From Bacilli bacterium (lineage in GTDB: Bacteria > Bacillota_I > Bacilli_A > RF39 > UBA660): a DNA stretch of 56,793 nt. The notes beneath the pieces were generated by a model. The model saw nothing but the letters and a program-made list of their open reading frames with translations, was not told where the DNA came from and ran no database searches. The translations under genes were made by a program, and so were the position numbers. The stretch is taken from positions 1-56,793 of the forward strand of contig JAQXQC010000055.1 of assembly GCA_029100965.1 (NCBI GenBank), in the 5' to 3' direction. Shown here piece by piece: positions 28,493-36,648 of the stretch; the stretch's first letter is position 1; each line of letters starts with the position of its first letter.

Positions 28493-28627
28493 GTAACTTC
28501 TTCAAACTGTGGTAATATAAGTATTCTTATATTAGAGATAATGAAGAAATAGACTAAGTCCAATAGATTTATTCTATAAACAATAATTTAAAATATATCT
28601 GTTAGTAATTTAGGTGAAAGGGGATAT

Positions 28628-29574
28628 ATGAAAAGGAAAAATAATTTATATTCAAATGTATATAAATTTGATCATATAGAGAAGTGTTTTGATGAGATTT
28701 GTAGAAATACAAAGAATAAAAATAAAGTAAGTCAATTTAAAGAATTTAAGGCAATATATATTAGCCGAGTTTATCATGAATTAAAAAATAAAACTTATCA
28801 AGTAGGAAGTTTTCATGTATTTTATCTTTATGATCTAAAAAGAGAAGGATAGTTAGTCAAAATATGTATGATAAGTTAGTGAATCATTTGGTTAGTAGGT
28901 ATATTTTATATGATGCTTTAATTCCTTGTTTGATTGATTCTAATTGTGCATCAAGACCAAATAAGGGAGTAAGTTATGCTTTAAAGTTATATTATCAATA
29001 TCGAAGAGTATTGGATAAAAAATATTCTTATTATTATATTTTAAAATGTGATATTAAGTCTTATTTTGCTAGTATTGATATTGAAATATTAAAGAATAAA
29101 TTAAGAAAAAAGATTAAAGATAAAGATGCTTTAACTATTATTTATCAGATATTAGATAGTGATACTACTCTTAGTATAGGATTTATGACTAGTCAAATAT
29201 TAGGAATATTTTATTTAAATGATTTAGATCATTATATAAAAGAAGAATTAAAAATAAAATATTATGTTAGATATCAAGATGATTTTTTATTATTACATTG
29301 GGATAAACAATATTTAAAATATTGTTTAGATAAGATAAAAGAGTTTTTAAAAAGAGGGAAATTAGAATTGAATGAGAAGACTAGAATTTATAAAAATACA
29401 AATAATATTATTTTTCTTGGGAGAAATAAATATAATAGAAGTTCTAAATATAGAAAACAATTTAGAAAATTAAAACATAAGAAGTATTTATATGATGTAG
29501 GAAAAATTCAATTAAACAGTTATTTAGCTAGTTATATTAATTATAGAAATATTAATGGAGGTTTGAGAAAATGA
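28628..29574 (+). CDS. DGR-type reverse transcriptase, interrupted by a -1 frameshift at an A5 run (28837-28841)
   Basis: RT motifs are present: KCDIKSYFASID, the IGFMTSQ DGR-specific (I/L/V)GxxxSQ signature, YVRYQDDFLLL (YxDD), and FLG. ORFs 28628-28852 and 28864-29574 join as ...FYLYDLK/KRRIVSQNMYDK if one A is added. Confidence 0.85.
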
Positions 29575-30521
29575 AAAAAAGTAAGGGTTATAATTATAAA
29601 TTATTAATGGGAGTGATTTTAGGAATACTTTTATCTGTGGTTGGTGTAAGGGCTGTTAGTTATCTTGGAAGTGGTTCAGAATTAGTTTACGATAATAGTA
29701 GTAGTGGACTTTCCTCTGTTAATGTTCAAAATGCTTTAGATGAAGTTTATAGTAAAATTTGTCCTGATAACTATGTATGTTTCAAGAAGAAAAGTACTTT
29801 AGCATTAGGAGATTATGTTCAGATGACACCAACTAAATCTTCTTATACAACAGATACTTCTAAAACAGGATATACAAGTACGCAAACTATTAATCCTCAA
29901 GAATTAAATCTATGGAGGGTGATTAAAATTAATGATGATGGAACGGTAGAGATGATTAGTGAGCATGTCTCTAGTACAGCGGTATATTTTCAAGGACAAA
30001 CAGGATATCAAAATTTAGTAGGCTATTTAAATGTTCTTGCTAGTCAGTATGAGAATAGTACTTATACGAAAGGTTCTAGATATTTTGGTTATAATGGACA
30101 AACAGAATATATTACGGATACATCAAAATTTGTTAATCCTGCACCATGGACTAGTTCAACCGGAAGTAGTACAGTAGAAAGTCAAGGAGGAGGAGATACT
30201 TTATATGCAACAGATTATAATTTAGTTAATACAGTGTTAGCGACTAAAGTGGCAACTAAACCTAACAGTGCATCTGGTTCAGATTATTGGATGGCTTCTC
30301 GTGACTATTATTATTCTTCATCTACTAGCTATGGCTGGTACGGTCGTAGTGTGGACGCCTCGGGGGCGAATAACATCATCTATTTGTATCGCTATAGCAG
30401 TTCAAGTTTCAGCACGGACAACGATAGTAATTCCCTTCGCCCAATAGTGGTTCTGAAGTCAGGACTCAAATACTATGGAGTTGGGACAGAAGACTATCCA
30501 ATGGAAATATCAGTAAGTTAG
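29571..30521 (+). CDS. DGR variable protein 2 (paralogue of target 1)
   Basis: Its ATG overlaps the RT stop codon (ATGA). It has an N-terminal anchor, a scaffold that by eye is about 90% nt-identical to target 1, and a C-terminal VR2. Confidence 0.85.
   Translation: MKKSKGYNYKLLMGVILGILLSVVGVRAVSYLGSGSELVYDNSSSGLSSVNVQNALDEVYSKICPDNYVCFKKKSTLALGDYVQMTPTKSSYTTDTSKTGYTSTQTINPQELNLWRVIKINDDGTVEMISEHVSSTAVYFQGQTGYQNLVGYLNVLASQYENSTYTKGSRYFGYNGQTEYITDTSKFVNPAPWTSSTGSSTVESQGGGDTLYATDYNLVNTVLATKVATKPNSASGSDYWMASRDYYYSSSTSYGWYGRSVDASGANNIIYLYRYSSSSFSTDNDSNSLRPIVVLKSGLKYYGVGTEDYPMEISVS
30303..30443 (+). repeat. DGR variable repeat VR2
   Basis: A 141-nt ungapped match to the TR. I count 26 mismatches, 18 of them at TR adenines. 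Confidence 0.85.
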
Positions 30522-30531
30522 GAAGTGGAGA

Positions 30532-30580
30532 ACCTCGGAGGACAGCCTAAGGGTGATCACCCGAGGTGGCTATCTTTTTT
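30532..30580 (+). terminator. Conserved GC-rich hairpin (copy 2) plus T-run: probable terminator of the DGR operon
   Basis: acctcgg...ccgaggt stem followed by ggctatctttttt. Confidence 0.6.
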
Positions 30581-30603
30581 AGTAGAAGGAGGAATAAGAA
30601 AAC

Positions 30604-31080
30604 TTGGAAGAAATAATAAAAATATTAACTTTAAGAAAAGAAAGTATATCGACAATGGAATCAGCAACTGGTGGATATATTGCTAATGCTATTACTAATG
30701 TAGAAGGAGCTAGTGAAGTATTTTCTTTTGGTGCAGTAACTTATTCTAATTTTTATAAGATAAAATTAGGGGTTGATAAAAATTTAATTGAAAAGTATAG
30801 TGTTTATAGTATGGAAGTTGCTCATGATATGAGTAGAGCAATTACTGAGTACACTAATAGTAGATATGGAATTGGTGTTACAGGAAAATTAAATCGAGTA
30901 GATAGATTTAATTTAAGTGGTAAAGATAACATTGTTTATATTAGTGTATTTGACCAAAGAAAGAATAATTATTTGGATTGTGTCTTAGAAATGGAAGATA
31001 CCACTAGAGAAAGAAATAAGAAAAAAATACTTATAGAGATTGTTATTTTATTGAAAAAGATGTTAAGTGAGGAAAGATGA
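30604..31080 (+). CDS. CinA C-terminal domain protein / nicotinamide-nucleotide amidohydrolase (PncC-like)
   Basis: ESATGGYIANAITNVEGASEVF..GAVTYSN motif. The start codon is TTG. Confidence 0.75.
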   Translation: MEEIIKILTLRKESISTMESATGGYIANAITNVEGASEVFSFGAVTYSNFYKIKLGVDKNLIEKYSVYSMEVAHDMSRAITEYTNSRYGIGVTGKLNRVDRFNLSGKDNIVYISVFDQRKNNYLDCVLEMEDTTRERNKKKILIEIVILLKKMLSEER

Positions 31081-31901
31081 TGAAAATAAAAAGGGTACGA
31101 TTATATGATAATTCCTTGGAAAGTAGTTTGAGGGTTAAGAAAATACTTCTAGAGAAATTTACTAAGTTAGGGATAAAGGTATGTGATAAGAATTATCAAT
31201 TAGCGATTGCAATTGGGGGAGATGGTACTTTTTTAAGGATGCTTTCTAGTAATGGGTTTAATTCATCTATTTATTATACAGGAATTAATTTAGGAAGATT
31301 AGGAGTACTACAAGATATAGAGGAAGATGAAGTAGATTTATTTTTATCTTCTCTTTTTCATGATGAGTTTTTAATTCAAAAGAATTCTTTATTAGAGATG
31401 AATATTGTTACTTCTGATAAAAAGACTTATCAGTATTATTCTTTTAATGAATTTGTTATTCGAGAAGTTGGTCTTCGTACAACTACTTTGGATTTTTTTG
31501 TTGGTCATGATCATTTGGAACGCTTAGTAGGGGATGGAGTAATTATTTCTAGTACAATTGGTTCTAGTGCTTATAATGCTAGTTTAGGGGGAAGTATTAT
31601 TTTGGGAAATTTGGAAGTAATGCAGTTGACACCTATTGCTTTGGTTCGTTCAGGAATTCATCATCAATTTTTTAATTCTTTAGTTTTTTCTAAGGAGCAA
31701 AAATTGATGATTTATCCTAAGGGAAGGACAAACTCTTTAATTCTTTCTTTAGATGGCCAAAATGTAGAGATAGATAAGGTAGAAAAGATAAAGATAGGTA
31801 TTAGTAATCGAAAAATTAAAAGGATTGTTCTTCCTCATTCTAGGGTAGAAAATCTTTCCCAAAAAATTCTTGCTCCTTCAATTGACACTACTTTTAGATA
31901 A
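31077..31901 (+). CDS. nadK: NAD kinase
   Basis: GGDGTFLR motif, an NEFVIRE motif, and DGVIISSTIGSSAYNASLGG. Confidence 0.85.
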   Translation: MMKIKRVRLYDNSLESSLRVKKILLEKFTKLGIKVCDKNYQLAIAIGGDGTFLRMLSSNGFNSSIYYTGINLGRLGVLQDIEEDEVDLFLSSLFHDEFLIQKNSLLEMNIVTSDKKTYQYYSFNEFVIREVGLRTTTLDFFVGHDHLERLVGDGVIISSTIGSSAYNASLGGSIILGNLEVMQLTPIALVRSGIHHQFFNSLVFSKEQKLMIYPKGRTNSLILSLDGQNVEIDKVEKIKIGISNRKIKRIVLPHSRVENLSQKILAPSIDTTFR

Positions 31902-31925
31902 AGTTATAATGAAAAAGAAAGGAAA

Positions 31926-32168
31926 GTGAATGAAATGTTTTTTCATCATAAAAAATTAATTGTTCAAGTAACGGGAATGCATTGCTCTAATTGTTTAGAT
32001 AGAATAAAAAAAGCATTAGAAGAAGTTTCTGATGTTGTTAAAGTAAAAGGAAATTTATCTAAACAAGAGGTAATTGTATTTTATGATCAATCTCTTGATC
32101 AAGAACATATTCGAGAGATTATTGATCGTTTGGGCTATTCTGTTACGGGAATGAAAAATATAGATTAG
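31926..32168 (+). CDS. Heavy-metal-associated (HMA) domain protein, CopZ-like
   Basis: GMHCSNC (MxCxxC) metal-binding motif in an 80-aa protein. Confidence 0.7.
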   Translation: MNEMFFHHKKLIVQVTGMHCSNCLDRIKKALEEVSDVVKVKGNLSKQEVIVFYDQSLDQEHIREIIDRLGYSVTGMKNID

Positions 32169-32873
32169 TTGGTGGTTAGTATGGAACAAGAGAATATTCA
32201 AAAATTTATTAAGAAATTGCGAAAGGAAAAGAATTTAACACAAAAGCAATTAGCAGATATGTTAGGAGTAACTTATCAAGCTGTTAGCAAATGGGAAAGA
32301 GGTTTAAATATTCCTGATATTAGTATTTTAAAAGAAATTAGTCATATTTTTGATGTTGATATGGATACTATGATTACAGGAGTAGAAAAAAAACATAAAA
32401 AATATATTCCTAAATTTTATTTCTTTCTTATTTTTCTTCTTATTTTTCTTCTTTTGTTCTTTATTTTTTTATATTTTAGTAATCATAATTTTTATTTAAA
32501 GAAAGTTTCTAGTGGTTGTGATGATTTTATTGTAAATGGTAGTTTTGCTTATAATAAAGAAAAGTCTTCTCTTTATATTTCTAATATTGATTATTGTGGG
32601 GAAGAAAATAAAACAATTTATCAAGAAATTTCTTGGGAATTGTATGAGGAATATCAAAATAATAAAAGAAAGATTAGAGATGGTTCTTTATCAAAAAATA
32701 TTTCTTTAAATGATTATTTAAAGAAGTTAGAAATTCATATTGATGATTATTCTAGTAGTTGTAAAAAGATTTCTTCTTCTCAAGTGTATTTAGAAATTAA
32801 AGTTAAAGATAAAGAAGGAAAAGTAGAACTCTATCAGGTTCCTATTCAGTTGGAAAGTGATTGTGAACAATGA
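32169..32873 (+). CDS. XRE-family HTH protein with a transmembrane segment
   Basis: An HTH (LTQKQLADMLGVTYQAVSKWERG) is followed by a TM helix and an extracytoplasmic domain. An alternative start is the ATG at 32181. Confidence 0.75.
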   Translation: MVVSMEQENIQKFIKKLRKEKNLTQKQLADMLGVTYQAVSKWERGLNIPDISILKEISHIFDVDMDTMITGVEKKHKKYIPKFYFFLIFLLIFLLLFFIFLYFSNHNFYLKKVSSGCDDFIVNGSFAYNKEKSSLYISNIDYCGEENKTIYQEISWELYEEYQNNKRKIRDGSLSKNISLNDYLKKLEIHIDDYSSSCKKISSSQVYLEIKVKDKEGKVELYQVPIQLESDCEQ

Positions 32874-32971
32874 GTTCTTTTTTTTATTCAACTTGAAGTT
32901 TAGTATATTCAACTTTTTATTTATTGATTCTTTGCTTATTCTTTTTTATACTTTTGTTATGGAGGTAGAAA

Positions 32972-33395
32972 ATGAATTTGAAGAAATGGATAATGCTATT
33001 TATTTTTGTTGGGGGAATATTAATGATTAGTGGTTGTCGTAAGGTAGAGGAAAGTGATATATCGAAATTTAAAAAAGAATATGAGAGTATTAATGGGAGT
33101 AAAATAGAAGGAAAAAAATCACGTGAAGTTAAAATTAATTCTAAATCTTCTATTGCTTATACTTCTGTTCATGAGATTAACTCAAAGATGGAGAAAAAAG
33201 AGAATTTATGTACCTAGTATTGTTGCTATTGTTGATGGAAAGGCTGTTAATTTGACGGATGGTATTAGCGATAAGCAAACGGATGCTTATATGGAACTTA
33301 GTGATGAAATAAAGAAAGATAGTTATCAAAAGATTAAATGTACAATAGAGTGTGTTGCTAATACACAAAAGATATGTAAACCTAAAAAGTGTTAA
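32972..33395 (+). pseudogene. Degenerate thioredoxin-like lipoprotein remnant, split across two frames
   Basis: A lipobox (LMISGC) and an FKKEYESINGSK leader sit in frame 1. The C-terminal RIYVPSIVAIVDGKAV...DKQTD segment is in frame +1. The junction is at an A6 run near 33193-33198. The expected CxxC core appears to be missing. Confidence 0.4.
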
Positions 33396-33495
33396 TATTT
33401 AATTGATGATTGCAAAAAATGTTGATATTTTTAAAAAATTTGCATTCTATTGCAAAAATAAAACAAATGTGATATACTCTAATTGGTGATGAATT

Positions 33496-34683
33496 GTGAT
33501 AGAGAGAAATGACTATTTAGATGAGTTAAAAAAATGGAAAGACAAGGATTTAATTAAAGTAATAACCGGAATAAGAAGGTGTGGTAAATCAACTTTATTT
33601 GAATTATATATAAATTATTTAAGGAAAATAGGAATTCCAGATGATCATATTATTTCATTAAATCTTGAGTCTCCTGATTATCAATTTAAAGATTACAAAG
33701 ACCTTTATGATTATGTTAATGAAAAGATAAAAGATAATGATATGTATTATGTTTTTTTAGATGAGGTTCAAGTGGTTGAACAATTTGAAAAAGCAGTGGA
33801 TGGATTATATATTAAAAAGAATGTTGATGAATATATTACAGGGTCAAATGCTTATTTATTATCTGGGGAACTTGCTACATTTTTGGCTGGTAGATACATT
33901 GAATTAAAAGTTTTTCCTTTATCGTTTAAGGAATATGCAAATTATTTTCAACAAGATGGAGATGAAAGATTACATTTAAAATATGTGAATAATAGCTCTA
34001 TGCCTTATGCTTTAAAACTTGATGATCAAGATGAGATTGATAAGTATTTAGATGCTATTTATAATACAATAATTGTAAAAGATATTGTAACTAGGAGAAA
34101 AATTTCGGATACTAGTGTATTAAAAAGTTTATCTGAATTTATGTTTTCTAGTATAGGAAATGTGTTGTCGGTTAAAAAAATAGCAGATACTTTAACTTCT
34201 AATGGGAGAAATATTTCTGTTCATACAGTAGAAACTTATTTAGATTCTTTAGTTGAAAGTTTTATTTTTAATAAAGTTTCTAGATATGATATTAAAGGAA
34301 AACAGTATTTACAAACAGGAGAAAAATATTATGCTACTGATGTTACAATGCGGTATGCTTTGCTTGGAAGAAAGTATATTGATTTAGGGCATATTCTTGA
34401 AAATGTTGTTTACTTGGAACTTTTGAGAAGAGGATATAAGGTTTATATTGGGAAAGTTGGAGATAAGGAAATTGATTTTATTGCAGAAAATAGTGTTGGA
34501 ATAACTTATTATCAAGTTGCTTATACTGTAAGGGATAAAGATACATTGGAAAGAGAATTATCTGTACTTGATAATATTAATGATCATTATCCTAAGTTTA
34601 TTTTGACAATGGATGTTGATCCAGAGATTGATTTTAATGGGATAAGAAAAATTAATGTTTTAGATTGGTTATTAGAAAAGTAA
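33496..34683 (+). CDS. AAA-type ATPase with a DUF4143-like C-terminal domain
   Basis: Walker A (GIRRCGKST) and Walker B (YVFLDEVQ) motifs, about 395 aa. The start codon is GTG. Confidence 0.7.
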   Translation: MIERNDYLDELKKWKDKDLIKVITGIRRCGKSTLFELYINYLRKIGIPDDHIISLNLESPDYQFKDYKDLYDYVNEKIKDNDMYYVFLDEVQVVEQFEKAVDGLYIKKNVDEYITGSNAYLLSGELATFLAGRYIELKVFPLSFKEYANYFQQDGDERLHLKYVNNSSMPYALKLDDQDEIDKYLDAIYNTIIVKDIVTRRKISDTSVLKSLSEFMFSSIGNVLSVKKIADTLTSNGRNISVHTVETYLDSLVESFIFNKVSRYDIKGKQYLQTGEKYYATDVTMRYALLGRKYIDLGHILENVVYLELLRRGYKVYIGKVGDKEIDFIAENSVGITYYQVAYTVRDKDTLERELSVLDNINDHYPKFILTMDVDPEIDFNGIRKINVLDWLLEK

Positions 34684-34739
34684 AAATACTTATTTAGATT
34701 AAGCTATAAAGATATAGTTATCTAAATAAGTATTTTTTA
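34682..34739. terminator. Bidirectional terminator between convergent genes
   Basis: A perfect 13-bp stem (atacttatttaga 34686-34698, tctaaataagtat 34721-34733) with flanking A and T runs. Confidence 0.7.
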
Positions 34740-35318
34740 TTCTTCAATAATTTTTATGTTTTTCTTGAATTCTTTTACTAAATCGTTTGTATTTTTCTTA
34801 AATAAAATCATATCTACTATTCCTGTGATGGAGTAAACAATTAGGGTTATTCCTGTAAATAAAGCAATTGCAATAGAAGAATCTATTGGATTTACAATTA
34901 GGATAATTCCACATATTATGGATAATATTGTTAATAGTAGAGTAAATATCCAAGAAGTATTATCTATTCTTCGAAGAAGAGTTGCCATTTTTAATTTAAA
35001 GATACTATCAATAATGAAGTAGATTCCTAACATAATAGGGATAATAATTTGAAAGAGATTAGGATAAATTAAGATGATTGTTCCTAATATGATAGAGATT
35101 ATTCCATTAAATATTGTATCCATAGGAAAGAATATAATTCTATTAGTAAATTCTAGTCCTATTAGATAGATTCCACTTCCTATTAAAATAAAAGCAATTA
35201 AGTAAGCAACTACTGTTATGGAGATATTAGGATAGATTAAAAAGATAATTCCTAATAATAAGAAAATAATAGAAATTCCTATTGCTTCATTGATGATTTG
35301 ATTAAATTTTTTTAACAT
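34737..35318 (-). CDS. DUF308/HdeD-like membrane protein
   Basis: Six TM helices with repeated G-rich helix patterns (LLLGIIFLIYP, ILGTIILIYP). Confidence 0.5.
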   Translation of the reverse strand: MLKKFNQIINEAIGISIIFLLLGIIFLIYPNISITVVAYLIAFILIGSGIYLIGLEFTNRIIFFPMDTIFNGIISIILGTIILIYPNLFQIIIPIMLGIYFIIDSIFKLKMATLLRRIDNTSWIFTLLLTILSIICGIILIVNPIDSSIAIALFTGITLIVYSITGIVDMILFKKNTNDLVKEFKKNIKIIEE

Positions 35319-35505
35319 ATTTATACCTTCCTTTCTTATTATAATTTAACATTTTTAGTTCTCTTTTGTCAATTTTATGATTAAAATAATCAACAAAAAT
35401 TTATATTTGTTTATAGAATATCCAAAATGATAAATTTTATGAATTGGTCTTTATTTTTTTCTTAATTTATGTTAATCTTATATTAAGATAATAGGAGTTG
35501 GTCAT

Positions 35506-36639
35506 ATGGAAAATATTTTAGAAGATCAAAGAATGATTTTATATCGTGGCTTTTTTAGTGGAGTGGATTATGAAGTTAGGGTAGATAAGAAGAGTGGAGT
35601 TGGGACAATTATTGTTCCTAGTGGTATTTTAAGTCATCCTAATTATAAAAGTCTTTATTTAAATTGTTATCGTAGGACACTTACTAATTTAACAACTTTA
35701 AAGAATATTGCTGTTTCTTTAGAACCAACAAATGAGTTAGAAAAAGAAAGATGTAAGGAATTAATGAAAACGTTACCATTAGATAGTGAGGTAGAGATTG
35801 TTTCAAAGAATAAGAAAGAAGTTAATATTGAGAACTATTTGAAAGCTAATATGATTACTAAGAATGATAATGGAAAAATGGTTACTTATTTTAAAAGAAA
35901 TGCTTCTCAAAATCAGAATGAATATGTTTTAGAGAATGTAAGTTATTTTGCTTTAGAAGAGGAATTGGAAAAATTATTTAGTGATGGAAGGATGAATTTT
36001 GAGGATAAATCTGTAGAAGAAATTGCAAATATGGTATTAGATCGTGTTAGTAATAATAAAAAACAATATTATTTTGAAAGTAAGCAACAACATGTTGCTA
36101 AAGATGATTATGAGAAGGCTAGTATGAATGCTACAAATCAAGATGATAAAGTAAATACAGAAATAGGAATTATTCAAAAAGATCCTAGTGAGAGAGTAAA
36201 TAATACTTATCAGGCTGTAGAAAGAGATAAAGGGCATTATACACTTGCTCATTCTAGTGTTAGTGAGGTAGAGTCTCAAAAAATAGAGGGACAGTCAGAA
36301 AGTGAACAATCTATTACAGAAGTAGAGAGTAGAGAAGAAGAAAAAGTATATTATATTGACTTAGTTACACAAGATATTTATGATGAAGAATACCAAAAAA
36401 TTGGTAATATGAAAGAAGGGTATCAAATTAATTTTGATAATAACCATTTAATGAAAAATGGAAAAGAAATTGGTAGTATAGGAGATTTTTCTTCTTTAGA
36501 AAATCAAATATCTAATCATAAAAATAATGTTAGGACATTAAAGAAGGATAATGAAGGAATTGTTGACTTTCAAACTTTCTTCTTGTTAATATTTATTATG
36601 AGTGTATTGATGGGAAGTTTATATTTCTTTTGCAGATAG
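35506..36639 (+). CDS. Hypothetical protein with a C-terminal TM anchor, immediately upstream of DGR target 3
   Basis: An ORF with no recognised motif. A 9-nt gap separates it from the next gene. Confidence 0.45.
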   Translation: MENILEDQRMILYRGFFSGVDYEVRVDKKSGVGTIIVPSGILSHPNYKSLYLNCYRRTLTNLTTLKNIAVSLEPTNELEKERCKELMKTLPLDSEVEIVSKNKKEVNIENYLKANMITKNDNGKMVTYFKRNASQNQNEYVLENVSYFALEEELEKLFSDGRMNFEDKSVEEIANMVLDRVSNNKKQYYFESKQQHVAKDDYEKASMNATNQDDKVNTEIGIIQKDPSERVNNTYQAVERDKGHYTLAHSSVSEVESQKIEGQSESEQSITEVESREEEKVYYIDLVTQDIYDEEYQKIGNMKEGYQINFDNNHLMKNGKEIGSIGDFSSLENQISNHKNNVRTLKKDNEGIVDFQTFFLLIFIMSVLMGSLYFFCR

Positions 36640-36648
36640 GAGGAAGAG

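Noticed and set aside
28304-28552. An 82-aa ORF (MDGESHLGLSCLDKEGNYDHSSSTNYNWNGRN...) from the ORF track.
   Set aside because: It is the template repeat read in the VR frame. It starts inside avd, has no RBS, and its Asn-rich content comes from the TR's AAY design. I treat it as non-coding TR RNA.
26210-30603. Whether the DGR is carried on a prophage or mobile element.
   Set aside because: I recognised no integrase, transposase, capsid/tail or repeat-flank signatures on either side. The flanking genes are ordinary chromosomal genes. Mobility is not excluded, but nothing here supports it.
31926-32168. The CopZ-like HMA protein as part of a copper-resistance operon.
   Set aside because: No CopA-type P-type ATPase and no CsoR/CopY regulator is adjacent. 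I call only the domain and claim no system.
33496-34683. The AAA ATPase (DUF4143-like) as a possible anti-phage defence gene, within a small accessory-looking patch alongside the broken lipoprotein gene.
   Set aside because: It is a single gene with no nuclease, effector or partner next to it. This family is widespread with no defined defence role, so the sequence alone gives no support.
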